Source: Marine Group II euryarchaeote MED-G37 (GTDB lineage: Archaea; Thermoplasmatota; Poseidoniia; Poseidoniales; Thalassarchaeaceae). Taken from it: a DNA stretch of 64,000 bases. Both the position numbers and the translations under genes were made by a program. The notes under the pieces were generated by a model that ran no database searches, had not been told where the DNA came from, and saw only the letters and a program-made list of their open reading frames with translations. Below, one piece after another: positions 10,121 to 20,260 of this stretch. Position 1 is the first letter of the stretch. Each line of letters opens with the position of its first letter. The DNA is taken from positions 28,335 to 92,334 of the forward strand of contig NTJQ01000005.1 in NCBI GenBank assembly GCA_002457555.1, in the 5' to 3' direction.

Positions 10121-10339
10121 CACGATGTGTTCAATATATCGGATGAATATTTATCAATATCACAATATGCTATCTATAAATTATACGATTGAATGAATAT
10201 ATTATAAAATATGATTCGATTGACTATTAATTATTTCCAAAAACCACTTCTTATTGGCAAATGAATAACGATAGGCATATTGTATTCTTACTCGGCTAGT
10301 AGTAAGCAGATTGAAATGTGGCTTTTTACGCGTTTTATT

Positions 10340-11590
10340 GTGAGTTTAGCCAATGCTTGGAAGATACCGGATTTTCGCCGTTTATTGATCGGAAACGGCG
10401 TCAATATGCTAGGGAGTTCGATATTCATCATTGGAATGGGGTGGACCATTGCCGAAGTTGGTGGCCCCAAGGCGTATGGAATGGTATTCACTGCCTACTT
10501 TCTGGGACACCTTCCTTTACTTCTTTATGGGGGCATGGTAGTAGACAGGATGCCTCGAAGAACTGTTGCTATCATCTCAGATTTGTCCCAAGCGGTGCTA
10601 GTCGCATTAGCAATGTTTGCATTGATGGCTGGCTTCGATGTGATCAATACTCTACTCGTCATTACTTTCCTTACCGGAGGAGCCGGTGCATTTTCGATTC
10701 CTGCCATTGGAGCCTTAGTGCCGGACCTAGTTGAAGAAGAAATTCTACCTCAGGCTAACGCCCTTAGAGGAGTTGCCATGACATTAGCTTGGATGTTGGG
10801 CCCTCTGATCGGAGGGTTCACAGTAGAACGGTGGGGGATTGAGGTATGCCTATTCCTTGATGTTCTAACTTTCCTATTTAGCGGGGCGGTTTTGTGGACT
10901 ATATCAGAGGTCCCTATCCAGAGGGACGGCGATGCTGAGAGTCTGAAGGAAGAAGTGGCCGAAGCATGGGCTTTTGTAAAAACACAACCATGGCTCTTTG
11001 CTGGAATCGCTATGTTCATGATTTGGCACATTGGCGACTCAGCGATAGAAATAGGAATCCCGTTCATAATTGAGAACAAAGGGCTTGGTGCGAAGGAATT
11101 CGGAATCTTCGGTGCGGTTGGCGCAGGGGGCGCCTTGATTGGTTCGTTGTTAGCAGGTATTAGGCCCATCTCTAAGGAATCCAGAGGCCTAGTATTCTAC
11201 GTGCTGATAGGTGGCATCGCATGGTGTATGCTAATGTGGGCGATGCCGATATCATTCCGATTGATACTGATATTCGTTCTTATCGAGGGTATTTTAGGAG
11301 GGACTCTGGGGGTAATCTGGAGGACTACTATGTCGGATAGTGTGGACCAGCACCTGAGGGGGAGAGTCAACTCCCTTGATGCGATTGGTTCTCTAATTTT
11401 CATTCCGTTTGCGCCTCTAATGGGTGGTTGGATGATTGAGGAAACCAACGTTCTGACTACCTTTGCACTAGCCGTCTCTGTAATGGTCCTCACAACGATG
11501 GCGGGCCTAATCATCCCCTCTTTCAGAAGGTTCGAGAAAGTTGACTCTGACTTATTTCCAATCAAGGAGTCTCAAACTCGATCTGATTAA
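10340..11590 (+). CDS. MFS transporter (macrolide efflux/DHA3-like)
   Basis: About 12 TMs; GGMVVDRMPRR motif A, LRGRVNSL; GTG 10340 preferred (ORF track 10280). Confidence 0.88.
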   Translation: MSLANAWKIPDFRRLLIGNGVNMLGSSIFIIGMGWTIAEVGGPKAYGMVFTAYFLGHLPLLLYGGMVVDRMPRRTVAIISDLSQAVLVALAMFALMAGFDVINTLLVITFLTGGAGAFSIPAIGALVPDLVEEEILPQANALRGVAMTLAWMLGPLIGGFTVERWGIEVCLFLDVLTFLFSGAVLWTISEVPIQRDGDAESLKEEVAEAWAFVKTQPWLFAGIAMFMIWHIGDSAIEIGIPFIIENKGLGAKEFGIFGAVGAGGALIGSLLAGIRPISKESRGLVFYVLIGGIAWCMLMWAMPISFRLILIFVLIEGILGGTLGVIWRTTMSDSVDQHLRGRVNSLDAIGSLIFIPFAPLMGGWMIEETNVLTTFALAVSVMVLTTMAGLIIPSFRRFEKVDSDLFPIKESQTRSD

Positions 11591-11915
11591 TGTCGACTTC
11601 AAACCATTTCTTGTAATATTCATATTCCAGCCTGACTGCAAATATCAAAAGAAGTATGTAAATTGTCCAAGCGGCTGCTGAGCGTCCCATGTAAATTGGT
11701 AATTCTATGAGAATTAACCCGTCGAATATTATGCATGAAATAACATACATTATACGTCCGAATGTAAGAAATATACTCTCACCCTCTTGTGCCATAACGC
11801 GCTTAATTCGGTTATCTCGCCAATCATCCATGGCTTTTTTTAAACGCCAAAATGCCGCGTCTGATTCCTGTTGCTTGTCGATGAACAAGTCAGCATCTTC
11901 CGGAGTCTCTTCCAC
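11562..11915 (-). CDS. Hypothetical small membrane protein (2 TMs)
   Basis: 117 aa, two hydrophobic helices, lies downstream of oppF on the same strand. Confidence 0.6.
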   Translation of the reverse strand: MEETPEDADLFIDKQQESDAAFWRLKKAMDDWRDNRIKRVMAQEGESIFLTFGRIMYVISCIIFDGLILIELPIYMGRSAAAWTIYILLLIFAVRLEYEYYKKWFEVDINQIEFETP

Positions 11916-11951
11916 AAATGGCGGAACAGATGCAACGCAAAGTGATTTTGT

Positions 11952-12932
11952 TCATATTTCGGTGCAACATGGGCATGGTTGAACCCAATGATTGGGCGCG
12001 ACTTCTACTAGAGATAAATCTACATTGATACTATCTGGATATTTTGGGTGATTGACTCTGTGTCCAAATGCACACCCAGGAGGAGGGTTGACTGGCGAAG
12101 GAACGTCTCCGCTAAGCACCTCTCTATCGACTACTGAACTTGGATCCGGTTTGGGTATTGCAGAAATTAGTGCTTTTGTATATGCATGTTTAGGATTGTT
12201 GTAAATTTCATCTGCATCCGCCATCTCTACTATCTTTCCAAGGTACATCACTGCGACTCTATCTGATATATGGCGTACAACAGCAAGATCATGGGCTATG
12301 AATACAAAAGTTAGCGACCTCTCCTTTTGTATGGCTTGTAGTAAATTCAGAACTTGAGCCTGGACACTAACATCGAGTGCGCTAGTTGGTTCGTCCAAAA
12401 GGATAAATTCAGGGTCCAAAGAAAGGGCCCTAGCAAGAGCAATTCGCTGTTTCTGCCCTCCGGAAAACTCATGTGGGAAACGTGTCATGTGATTAGATTT
12501 CAAACCAACGATTTCGAGCAATTCGCCTACTTTCTTAGTCAACTCAGCCCCATCTGCTAATCCATTAACAATCAAGGGTTCACCAATTATGGAACGTACT
12601 GACATTCTAGGATTCATTGAGCCACCAGGGTCTTGGAATACAATTTGCATCTTCCTCCGTAACTCAGCATTTCTCATGTTCTGAATATTGGAACCTAAAT
12701 AATGGATTGTCCCCTCTGTAATGGGAATCAATCGCAAAATCAAACGGCCAAGGGTTGTTTTACCACAGCCCGATTCTCCAACTACGCCGAAGACCTCTCC
12801 CCTTTTGATTTTGAAATCCACGCCGTCAACAGCCCTAACATGAGCTTTGGCCGAAGAAAACATACCCGATTTAATCGGGAAATATTTCTTGAGGTTTTTA
12901 GCCTCGATGAGTATTTCCTCTTCATCAGACAT
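11952..12932 (-). CDS. oppF: Oligopeptide/dipeptide ABC transporter ATPase (OppF/DppF)
   Basis: [27 protein letters not shown]-terminal oligo_HPY region. Confidence 0.93.
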   Translation of the reverse strand: MSDEEEILIEAKNLKKYFPIKSGMFSSAKAHVRAVDGVDFKIKRGEVFGVVGESGCGKTTLGRLILRLIPITEGTIHYLGSNIQNMRNAELRRKMQIVFQDPGGSMNPRMSVRSIIGEPLIVNGLADGAELTKKVGELLEIVGLKSNHMTRFPHEFSGGQKQRIALARALSLDPEFILLDEPTSALDVSVQAQVLNLLQAIQKERSLTFVFIAHDLAVVRHISDRVAVMYLGKIVEMADADEIYNNPKHAYTKALISAIPKPDPSSVVDREVLSGDVPSPVNPPPGCAFGHRVNHPKYPDSINVDLSLVEVAPNHWVQPCPCCTEI

Positions 12933-12935
12933 TTA

Positions 12936-14594
12936 TCACTCCCACCTATCTTCATTTTCATCCAAGCATATAGGACACATTTCCACCCAATGACCAGGAC
13001 TAATTTCTTTGTAATCAGGGATCTTTAGCAAAGTTTCACCAGTTCTTTCCATTCGTTGACAGAATCTACATCCCTCGACAAAATCTGAAGGATTCGCTAC
13101 TTGTCCAGGGATTGCAGGAAGTATCGACTTCCTTTCAGACGAAAGGCTAGGTGTGCATGCAATTAATCCTCTAGTGTATGCATGTTGGGGATTTGCAAAT
13201 AATTCGGTCACAGATGCAGTTTCAACAACACGACCTGCATACATGACTGTTACTGTGTCACATGTTTCTGCAATTACACCCAAATCGTGAGTAATCATCA
13301 TGATTGCCGTGCCTTCTCGATCTCTGAGATCCTTCATTAATTTCAGAATTTGAGCTTGTATTGTTACATCGAGTGCAGTAGTTGGTTCGTCGGCAATCAG
13401 CAACTTAGGTTCACAGGCCATCATCATCGCAATCATTACCCGCTGACGCATTCCACCGGATAGTTCGTGTGGATACATCTTAACAACAGATTCCGGGTTT
13501 GGGATTTTGACCTCTTTGAGAATTTTAACTACTTGTCGTGTATGTGCCGAATCGAGTCTGAAATAATTAGAAATTTGGATCGGAGGAATTGTCAATATAG
13601 CAACGCTCAGTATTATTGTCATTAGCACACCAAATGGTATCCACAACAGAACAATAATAACAAACCAAGATACAAAAATAAATGCAAAATTGGAATTAGC
13701 CCAGTTACTTACTAATCGAATTCCTGAGGTGATTGTTACTGGCCCCGCCTCTATGGGCTCCATCAGGGTGGTTTCAGTGAAGTCAATGTTTACTGAAAAT
13801 ATATTCCAGAAAATCAGATTTAATACCAAGACTAAGAATCCTATTGCTGCGTATTTGTTTGCAATTAATCCAAGTATTGAATCCGCGTTGTCTGTTTGAT
13901 GAATCGCTAGGATTACTAGGAAAGTTGTGATAATTGGTAAAGCACCCCTCCAATCATTACGGAAAAAATGCACCGACATTTCGGCAGGACTAATTATCGC
14001 TTTTCCAATTTTCATCGCTGAATTGGTGTCCGCTTCCTCAAGCCTGTTGTGTTGCTTTAGCACTTCTGCGACTTGCTTTTCGACAGTATACAAGGGATTC
14101 AATGCAGTCATAGGTTCTTGGAAAATCATCGAAATTTTATTACCTCTAATTGAGCGCATAAATCTCTCATGCTTACTTCTTGGAGCATCTAGAATACGTG
14201 TTAAGGCGAAGCAGGTTGAAAACGCAATTAGCATCACGGCAGATATTTGTAATCCTTGTATTGGTTCCAAGAAAGTCCAGAATAAAGATAGAATTAACCC
14301 TAATGTGAAAATCGAACTAAAATACTTCAAAAATGAAAGTATTCTTTGTGTTCTTTGGGGTGTTTTTTGAATTAATTCGTCGCCGTCAAAGGTGATGCTA
14401 CCATCATCAACATCACAGGTCGCCAAACCGATAGTTACCAATGAAGTGACTGACTTACCACAACCAGATTCACCAACTACACCCATTATTTCCCCTTCAT
14501 TTACGGAAAGTGAAACCGAATGTAACGCCTCAACTGGACCATCAAGAGTATCGAAATGAACCCGAAGTCCTTGGATATCCAATAGTTTCGGCAT
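12936..14594 (-). CDS. oppD: Oligopeptide ABC transporter ATPase (OppD/DppD) with two hydrophobic insertions
   Basis: GESGCGKS, IFQEPMTALNP, LSGGMRQR, IADEPTTALD, ITHDLG; about 225 extra hydrophobic residues. Confidence 0.9.
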   Translation of the reverse strand: MPKLLDIQGLRVHFDTLDGPVEALHSVSLSVNEGEIMGVVGESGCGKSVTSLVTIGLATCDVDDGSITFDGDELIQKTPQRTQRILSFLKYFSSIFTLGLILSLFWTFLEPIQGLQISAVMLIAFSTCFALTRILDAPRSKHERFMRSIRGNKISMIFQEPMTALNPLYTVEKQVAEVLKQHNRLEEADTNSAMKIGKAIISPAEMSVHFFRNDWRGALPIITTFLVILAIHQTDNADSILGLIANKYAAIGFLVLVLNLIFWNIFSVNIDFTETTLMEPIEAGPVTITSGIRLVSNWANSNFAFIFVSWFVIIVLLWIPFGVLMTIILSVAILTIPPIQISNYFRLDSAHTRQVVKILKEVKIPNPESVVKMYPHELSGGMRQRVMIAMMMACEPKLLIADEPTTALDVTIQAQILKLMKDLRDREGTAIMMITHDLGVIAETCDTVTVMYAGRVVETASVTELFANPQHAYTRGLIACTPSLSSERKSILPAIPGQVANPSDFVEGCRFCQRMERTGETLLKIPDYKEISPGHWVEMCPICLDENEDRWE

Positions 14595-14598
14595 AGTT

Positions 14599-16332
14599 TC
14601 ACCTCCTATTCTTTGGATCGACTACATCTCGTAAACCATCACCAAGTAAATTGAAACCCAATGTTGTGTAGGCTATAGCAAGTCCAGGGAATAATACTAA
14701 CCAATAATCTTGAGGGAAATGGGCTCTACCATCGGAGACTAATTTACCCCATTCAGCCGCTCCGGGTTCGGCGCCTAATCCAATAAAAGACAGCCCCGAT
14801 GCTGAAAGTATTGTACCTCCAATATCTAAAGTGAAGGCCACTAATAATGGAGCCCAAGCATTTGGTAAAATATGCCTGAACATTATTCGACCTGAAGGTG
14901 CTCCTACGCTTCTTGCGGCCTCAACGAATGTCATTTCTTTGACATACAATACTTGGCCACGAATTAATCTCGCATAGCCTGGCCATCCAGTAAATACTAG
15001 AGCTATCTGAATTTTCCATAGTCGATCGAAATTATCGATAACGGTGACTTCATTATCACCGTCTCCTGACCAAGTAAACAGAGCTATTGAAGCTATGAAA
15101 ATTACTAGAGTTCTGAATGTGAGGTATCGATATGGATTTCTCCAATCAAGAGAATTTAATGTTCTACTACCTACTCCGTCGAGAGATATGTTATCCATTA
15201 ATCTACGATCGAGAATAAATATCCCACCCACTATCATTAGGCCTATGAGGCTGGCAAATATCCTCCATCCACTTGAATCGGCTAGTTCGAAGAAATCTTT
15301 CCATGGGCCCCCTAATGCAAGTAGAACAACAAGCGAAACAACAACAATAATTCTCAATGGGAGATTTGCTTCTGGGAATGATGTTTCACCAGGCATTATT
15401 GAATCGAAAATAGTAGATCTAAAATAGATACATAATCCAGATAATGGAAGTAAGAATGCAAACCATAAGGGTAGTGTGAAGTTATCTATGGCTTGTAAAG
15501 CTGCGACGAAAGCGAGTGCAAGGATTAGTCCAGGGACTGCAAAGAAGATGTCTGTAATTCTCATAATTACCTCGTCTGTTCTACCTCCAAAATAGCCACT
15601 TATACTACCGATAATCGTTCCAATAATTACCGTTAGTGTTGCAACTGTGAACCCTATAGTTAATGAAACTCGAGAACCATAGAGAATCTTACTGAAAAGA
15701 TCTTGCCCCTCGTCGTTGGTTCCGAAAATACATACATCATACCCATCTGGCAACCACCAGTGGTGCATAGCATCATTTTCGAATTTGTAAATAAGTTTAA
15801 TTTGAGTCAAAGAATTATTTTCCATCAACTCTTCTGATATCCAAAAATAACTTTTGTTTGAAGTTTCAAGTGTAACTAAATCGTTGCCAAGGGTCACGCC
15901 ATATCGATCTTGTAATTCAATAAATTCAGTCACTACAAGTATATCCTCGTAGAAGGAGTTGTTGTCGGCAACCCTAGTAGGACTTAGTGCGTTAGTTCCA
16001 TTCGCATCCCAGCGCCTAAGTGTAGTGAGAGATACCTTCTGGTAGCGGGTATCACATTCATCTGAGAATGGAGCAGCCTTCCTTGGCTCGTAATCAATAT
16101 GCCAGACATCTCTTGTATCCTGCAAATTCCTGCCTGGATGTTCGACGGCGAGATCATCAGCAAAGATGGATACCACTGATATTGAGATAACCATCAATAA
16201 GCCAATAACTGCCAATAATGATCTTCGATAAATTTTCCATCCACGCTTGAAATCATACCTAGCTTGAGCAGCACTCTCCCTAATTCGACGTAGGCTTTCA
16301 CCCCTTTCTTCAACGCCGTCTTCCCAACTCAT
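14599..16332 (-). CDS. oppC: Oligopeptide ABC transporter permease (OppC/DppC) with insertions
   Basis: FGTNDEGQDLFSKILYGSRVSL, EAA motif FVEAARSVGA, HILPN, FNLLGDGLRD; 577 aa versus roughly 300 typical. Confidence 0.9.
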   Translation of the reverse strand: MSWEDGVEERGESLRRIRESAAQARYDFKRGWKIYRRSLLAVIGLLMVISISVVSIFADDLAVEHPGRNLQDTRDVWHIDYEPRKAAPFSDECDTRYQKVSLTTLRRWDANGTNALSPTRVADNNSFYEDILVVTEFIELQDRYGVTLGNDLVTLETSNKSYFWISEELMENNSLTQIKLIYKFENDAMHHWWLPDGYDVCIFGTNDEGQDLFSKILYGSRVSLTIGFTVATLTVIIGTIIGSISGYFGGRTDEVIMRITDIFFAVPGLILALAFVAALQAIDNFTLPLWFAFLLPLSGLCIYFRSTIFDSIMPGETSFPEANLPLRIIVVVSLVVLLALGGPWKDFFELADSSGWRIFASLIGLMIVGGIFILDRRLMDNISLDGVGSRTLNSLDWRNPYRYLTFRTLVIFIASIALFTWSGDGDNEVTVIDNFDRLWKIQIALVFTGWPGYARLIRGQVLYVKEMTFVEAARSVGAPSGRIMFRHILPNAWAPLLVAFTLDIGGTILSASGLSFIGLGAEPGAAEWGKLVSDGRAHFPQDYWLVLFPGLAIAYTTLGFNLLGDGLRDVVDPKNRR

Positions 16333-17510
16333 TCTAGCCTCACCCTTGGATCAACAACGCCATACAGAATATCTACAATCAAATTTGACATTAGGAAGAT
16401 GATAGCAGTGATTAGAGTCACTCCCATAAGAACCGAGTAATCTAGATTGATTATTGCATCAACCGCCACATTACCCATTCCGTAGAACGCGAATATCGAT
16501 TCAGTGAGTACAGCACCACCTATCGCACCGCCTATCGAGAAACCGAGAATTGTCAAAATTGGAACCAACGCATTTCTACATGCATGGACGATAATAACAC
16601 GAGATTCAGAGAGGCCTTTGGCTCTGGCTGTACGGACATAATCCTCGTTCATTACCTCCAACAAACTTGCTCGCATATATCGTAGCAGTGAGCCAGCACT
16701 GGCAATTCCTAAAGTGAATGAAGGTAGGATTAGATGAACTAAGGTGTCATCGAATAATTTGTAATTCGAAGCATATTCTGGATTTATGTTATCTAGGGCT
16801 TCATCTGTAACGAACCAACTGTCAACTAGGTGGAATCCAGTACCACCTGATGGATACCAAGAGGGGTAACATGCAATGCCAGTTATGGCTGTATCACATA
16901 GGCTAGAGGACCTGTCAGGATATGTTAGAGCCGCATCATGCCTTCCATAAATAGGGAAACATCCGCCTTCAGTACCGAAAATAGGGTCGCATATTCCACC
17001 TACATCAGTCCCTGTACCAAAGACCAACTGAAGCATCATTGCCAACCAGAATATTGGTAGGGAGACAAATGCGATAGCTAAGAATCGAGAGATATGATCG
17101 AATACTTGATCTTGCCAAACAGCGCTAAGAATACCAAGTGTAATTCCGATAGGGTAAGCCATCAATAAGGCGAAAAGTGCCATTTCCAAGGTCACTGGAG
17201 CGGCATCTCTGACGACATCAGAAGTAGGTCTATTGTAGGTTGTAGACTCTCCCCAATCTCCCTCGGCTAAATTAATCAAATACAACCTAAATTGCTCGAT
17301 AACGGGTTCATCTAATCCCAATCTCTCTCTTTGTAATTCCAACATTGTCTTACCAGTTACAGGATCGACCAAACCACAACGTTCACCACACAAAATGGCT
17401 GCTGGATCTGCTGGAATAATTTGAGCGATTGCAAATGTGAATACTGTAACTCCAATCATTACTGGAATTAAAAGTAGAATCCTTCGAACAATGAATTCAC
17501 TCGTGTTCAT
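16329..17510 (-). CDS. oppB: Oligopeptide ABC transporter permease (OppB/DppB)
   Basis: DYVRTARAKGL, HACRNAL, DILYGVVDPRVR. Confidence 0.92.
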   Translation of the reverse strand: MNTSEFIVRRILLLIPVMIGVTVFTFAIAQIIPADPAAILCGERCGLVDPVTGKTMLELQRERLGLDEPVIEQFRLYLINLAEGDWGESTTYNRPTSDVVRDAAPVTLEMALFALLMAYPIGITLGILSAVWQDQVFDHISRFLAIAFVSLPIFWLAMMLQLVFGTGTDVGGICDPIFGTEGGCFPIYGRHDAALTYPDRSSSLCDTAITGIACYPSWYPSGGTGFHLVDSWFVTDEALDNINPEYASNYKLFDDTLVHLILPSFTLGIASAGSLLRYMRASLLEVMNEDYVRTARAKGLSESRVIIVHACRNALVPILTILGFSIGGAIGGAVLTESIFAFYGMGNVAVDAIINLDYSVLMGVTLITAIIFLMSNLIVDILYGVVDPRVRLE

Positions 17511-17624
17511 GTAAATTAATCTCCCATAATCACTCTACCATAGGAAGTGGTCAATCACTTTTGTGAGTGTTTTTTACCTGCCTTTCTTTCAATGCTAAGC
17601 GCCTGTGAATTAATTGAATATTTA

Positions 17625-17654
17625 CCCCGCGCCGGGAACTAGCCCGACGCGGGG
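17625..17654 (-). terminator. GC-rich hairpin between oppA and oppB (partial terminator or mRNA stabiliser)
   Basis: Minus strand CCCCGCGTCGGG-ctagtt-CCCGGCGCGGGG, 12-bp stem with one G.U pair. Confidence 0.55.
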
Positions 17655-17692
17655 GTTTTCGTAAAATCAGATAATATTCTGGTTTTCAGTTA

Positions 17693-19942
17693 TCAGCACT
17701 CGCCAACGTACGATCCGGAGACCTTCGCCAACTTATCCCAGTTGAAGAAATAGTCTCCTCCGATTGCGTCGTATGATGGTGGGCACATGTGGTCGGAACC
17801 GACTCCTACACCTGCATACTGACCCAATAGAGCCATTGTTGGTGAGGTAACCCAAAGATCGTATGCGTCAGCATACAATAGCGCTCGGGCATCTGAATCT
17901 TGTTCGGTTCTAGCATCTAGCAGAATTGCGTCCAATTCATCGTTCTCGAAGTAGCCGTGGTAGGCGTCTCCACCGATGTCGGCGCTTCCTGCGAATGGTG
18001 ACCAGTAGTTGTCTGGGTCCAAGTAGTCAGGTCCCCAGCCAATTACCCAAAGGTCCCACTTTCCGTAAATGTAGTTGTCAATCACGGTAGCCCAAGGCTG
18101 GTCAGCATTGTCGTTAGCAATTCCAATTGATTCAAGCGCAGGTCCCCATAGCTGAGCTACTGCAATCCTCTGGTCGTTACCAGTGTTTGTCAGAATCCTT
18201 AGTTCATTTGGTAGTCTGCACTCGGTACCATCACGGTCAGCCTCTGCAACAACTGTTGGCGCACCAGTTTGTGTTAGTGAAGCACATTCGTATTGTCGGA
18301 TGAATCCTGCAGCGTCAAGAATATCCTCAGCGTATGCAAGATCATAGGTGAACACTTCGTACTGTGTATCATCATACGGGAATCCGGTTGGGATTGGACC
18401 ATAGATTGGCATCAATTCATTCTTGTAGGATTCTGTATGGATGGTATCGTAGTCCAGAGTGTAACTTAGTGCCTGCCTTACAGCGGACAAACTTAGCACG
18501 TTACAATCGTTGGTTCCGTTCCCATTGCAATCATGGTTGAGGACATAATCTGAGGTTCCATCAGCCATGTCATTCTTTGGTGCAAAGTTGTATGGTACGT
18601 TCACAACGCTGTATGTCTGGCGGTAAGTGCAGCGGAATCCATCTTTACCTTCTGCATTGGGTAGATCTTCCATGTTGTTGCAGAATTCAGTCTTCTGAGC
18701 AGATGGAATGTATGCTCGGTCGACTTCACCGTCTTGTAGAGCAAGTACACGTGTCTGAGTCTCTTCAACTAGGTCGACTACAACTCTGTTTAGGTTGAAG
18801 TCCGCGTTTTCCCAATACATCCAGTTAGGCTCCATTACTAAGCGAGTTCCGCGAGCCCACTGAGCGACCATGTAAGCGTTGGTTCCAGCACCTACTTGTG
18901 CCTCATCCATCCACTCGTGGCAGTAGTCATCAGAAGTGACTGTGCCGTTCGCATCGGTCTCGATTACTCTGTTGGCTTCACATAGTTGCGAGTTGATAAC
19001 CGATCCAACTGTGTAAGCAATTGTCGCTACGAATGCGGCAGAAGGTGCAGAAATTGTTACTGAGAAACTGTAGTCATCTATGACGCTCAGGCTCTCTCCA
19101 CCCATATCGTCGTGGTTGCCATCTGCATCATTACAGTCGAACGACTGGGTCAGAATCCAGTTGACTCCAGAGGAGGGTGCACCCATTCCAATAACACGGC
19201 ACCATGAGTATACTGCGTCAGTGGAGGTCATGTGGTCTCCATTGCTAAAGTATACATCGTCACGTAGAGTGAAAGTGTAGGTCAGACCGTCTTCACTAAC
19301 AGTATGTCCGGTAGCCAATCGTGGAACGATAATCGAACCACCGTCACCGTCTCCTTCGTATCGGTATAGGGTGTCGAAGACGTTAGAAATAACGTCACCA
19401 GATGCTGAATCGTAAGCATCGGCTGGATCGTGAGTATCTGCCTCACCGATCGTCATTTGTGTCATTTCACACGGGTTGTTTGTACCCAGGTCACGGCACT
19501 TTCGTGATACAGATAGGTTGTACCATGCATCGGAGAATGCCATGTCTCCTGCGGCGTATGCGGCCATAATATCTCCTTGAGCCATACCATAATCGCAAGA
19601 GCCGTCGTCTTCCTCAGCTGCGGAATTAAAGTTATTCGCGGCTTCGTCCATACAACCCATTACAGTATCAGGCATAGTACAGGATCCATCATCACGGGTC
19701 GCAGCCGAGTTGTAGTTTGTCGCAGCAGGGTTTGTGCAACCATCTACTGGTTCGAAGCCCGGATCATATTCACAAGACCCATCGTCTTTTGTGGCTTCAG
19801 CGTTGTAGTTATTGGCATCTGCATAAGTGCACCCCAATATTTCTACGACGTCGTCACCATCATCATCTCCGCCGAGACACCCGGCAAGAGCTGACGCAAT
19901 CATCAGCGTACACATCAATAATGCTCTCAATTTAGAGTCCAT
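17693..19942 (-). CDS. oppA: Peptide ABC transporter substrate-binding lipoprotein (SBP family 5) with N-terminal Cys/Asp repeats
   Basis: Lipobox LAGC; FDTLY, SEDGLTYTFTLRDDVYFSNG, GWGPDYLDPDNY; ATG 19942 supported by a TATA box upstream (ORF track 19996). Confidence 0.9.
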   Translation of the reverse strand: MDSKLRALLMCTLMIASALAGCLGGDDDGDDVVEILGCTYADANNYNAEATKDDGSCEYDPGFEPVDGCTNPAATNYNSAATRDDGSCTMPDTVMGCMDEAANNFNSAAEEDDGSCDYGMAQGDIMAAYAAGDMAFSDAWYNLSVSRKCRDLGTNNPCEMTQMTIGEADTHDPADAYDSASGDVISNVFDTLYRYEGDGDGGSIIVPRLATGHTVSEDGLTYTFTLRDDVYFSNGDHMTSTDAVYSWCRVIGMGAPSSGVNWILTQSFDCNDADGNHDDMGGESLSVIDDYSFSVTISAPSAAFVATIAYTVGSVINSQLCEANRVIETDANGTVTSDDYCHEWMDEAQVGAGTNAYMVAQWARGTRLVMEPNWMYWENADFNLNRVVVDLVEETQTRVLALQDGEVDRAYIPSAQKTEFCNNMEDLPNAEGKDGFRCTYRQTYSVVNVPYNFAPKNDMADGTSDYVLNHDCNGNGTNDCNVLSLSAVRQALSYTLDYDTIHTESYKNELMPIYGPIPTGFPYDDTQYEVFTYDLAYAEDILDAAGFIRQYECASLTQTGAPTVVAEADRDGTECRLPNELRILTNTGNDQRIAVAQLWGPALESIGIANDNADQPWATVIDNYIYGKWDLWVIGWGPDYLDPDNYWSPFAGSADIGGDAYHGYFENDELDAILLDARTEQDSDARALLYADAYDLWVTSPTMALLGQYAGVGVGSDHMCPPSYDAIGGDYFFNWDKLAKVSGSYVGEC
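19589..19834 (-). repeat. Three tandem GCxxxxAxN(Y/F)NxxAxxDDGSC protein repeats in OppA
   Basis: GCTYADANNYNAEATKDDGSC / GCTNPAATNYNSAATRDDGSC / GCMDEAANNFNSAAEEDDGSC. Confidence 0.9.
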
Positions 19943-19965
19943 CCTTGGAATGCAGACTATGGTCC

Positions 19966-19973
19966 ATATATAG
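19966..19973 (-). promoter_or_regulatory. Probable TATA box of oppA
   Basis: Minus-strand CTATATAT about 24-31 nt upstream of ATG 19942. Confidence 0.55.
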
Positions 19974-20130
19974 TATATCCCACTATTGAGCGTCAAATCG
20001 AGGTTTTTGCAACTCGGTATTGGAAAAATTCCTAATTTTTGTTAATTCACTACTTGAAAATTAATAACAATTGAATTCAAAATTTGTTGAAACATAACCT
20101 ATCATCAAGACAGAAATCGTGTTGCATAAC

Positions 20131-20207
20131 TGGTGGACGTGCCGAGATTTGAACTCGGGGCCTCTTCCATGCCAAGGAAGCGCGCTTCCAAGCTGCGCCA
20201 CACGCCC
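20131..20207 (-). tRNA. tRNA-Ala(GGC), CCA encoded
   Basis: GGGCGTG/CACGTCC acceptor stem with G3.U70; anticodon arm CTTCC-TT-GGC-AT-GGAAG; T loop TTCAAAT. Confidence 0.96.
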
Positions 20208-20260
20208 AGTGAGATTACGACCTGCGACGGCCATTTAAGGAGAACTGAGCAGGCTAGGCC

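Noticed and set aside
10087-10339. NrpR operator upstream of glnII (also checked upstream of oppA)
   Set aside because: No GGAA-N6-TTCC found; only AT-rich sequence and a GGAA-N3-TTCC near oppA
12936-14594. OppD insertions as inteins or introns
   Set aside because: No Cys/Ser start with His-Asn end, no LAGLIDADG motif; the inserts are in-frame and hydrophobic
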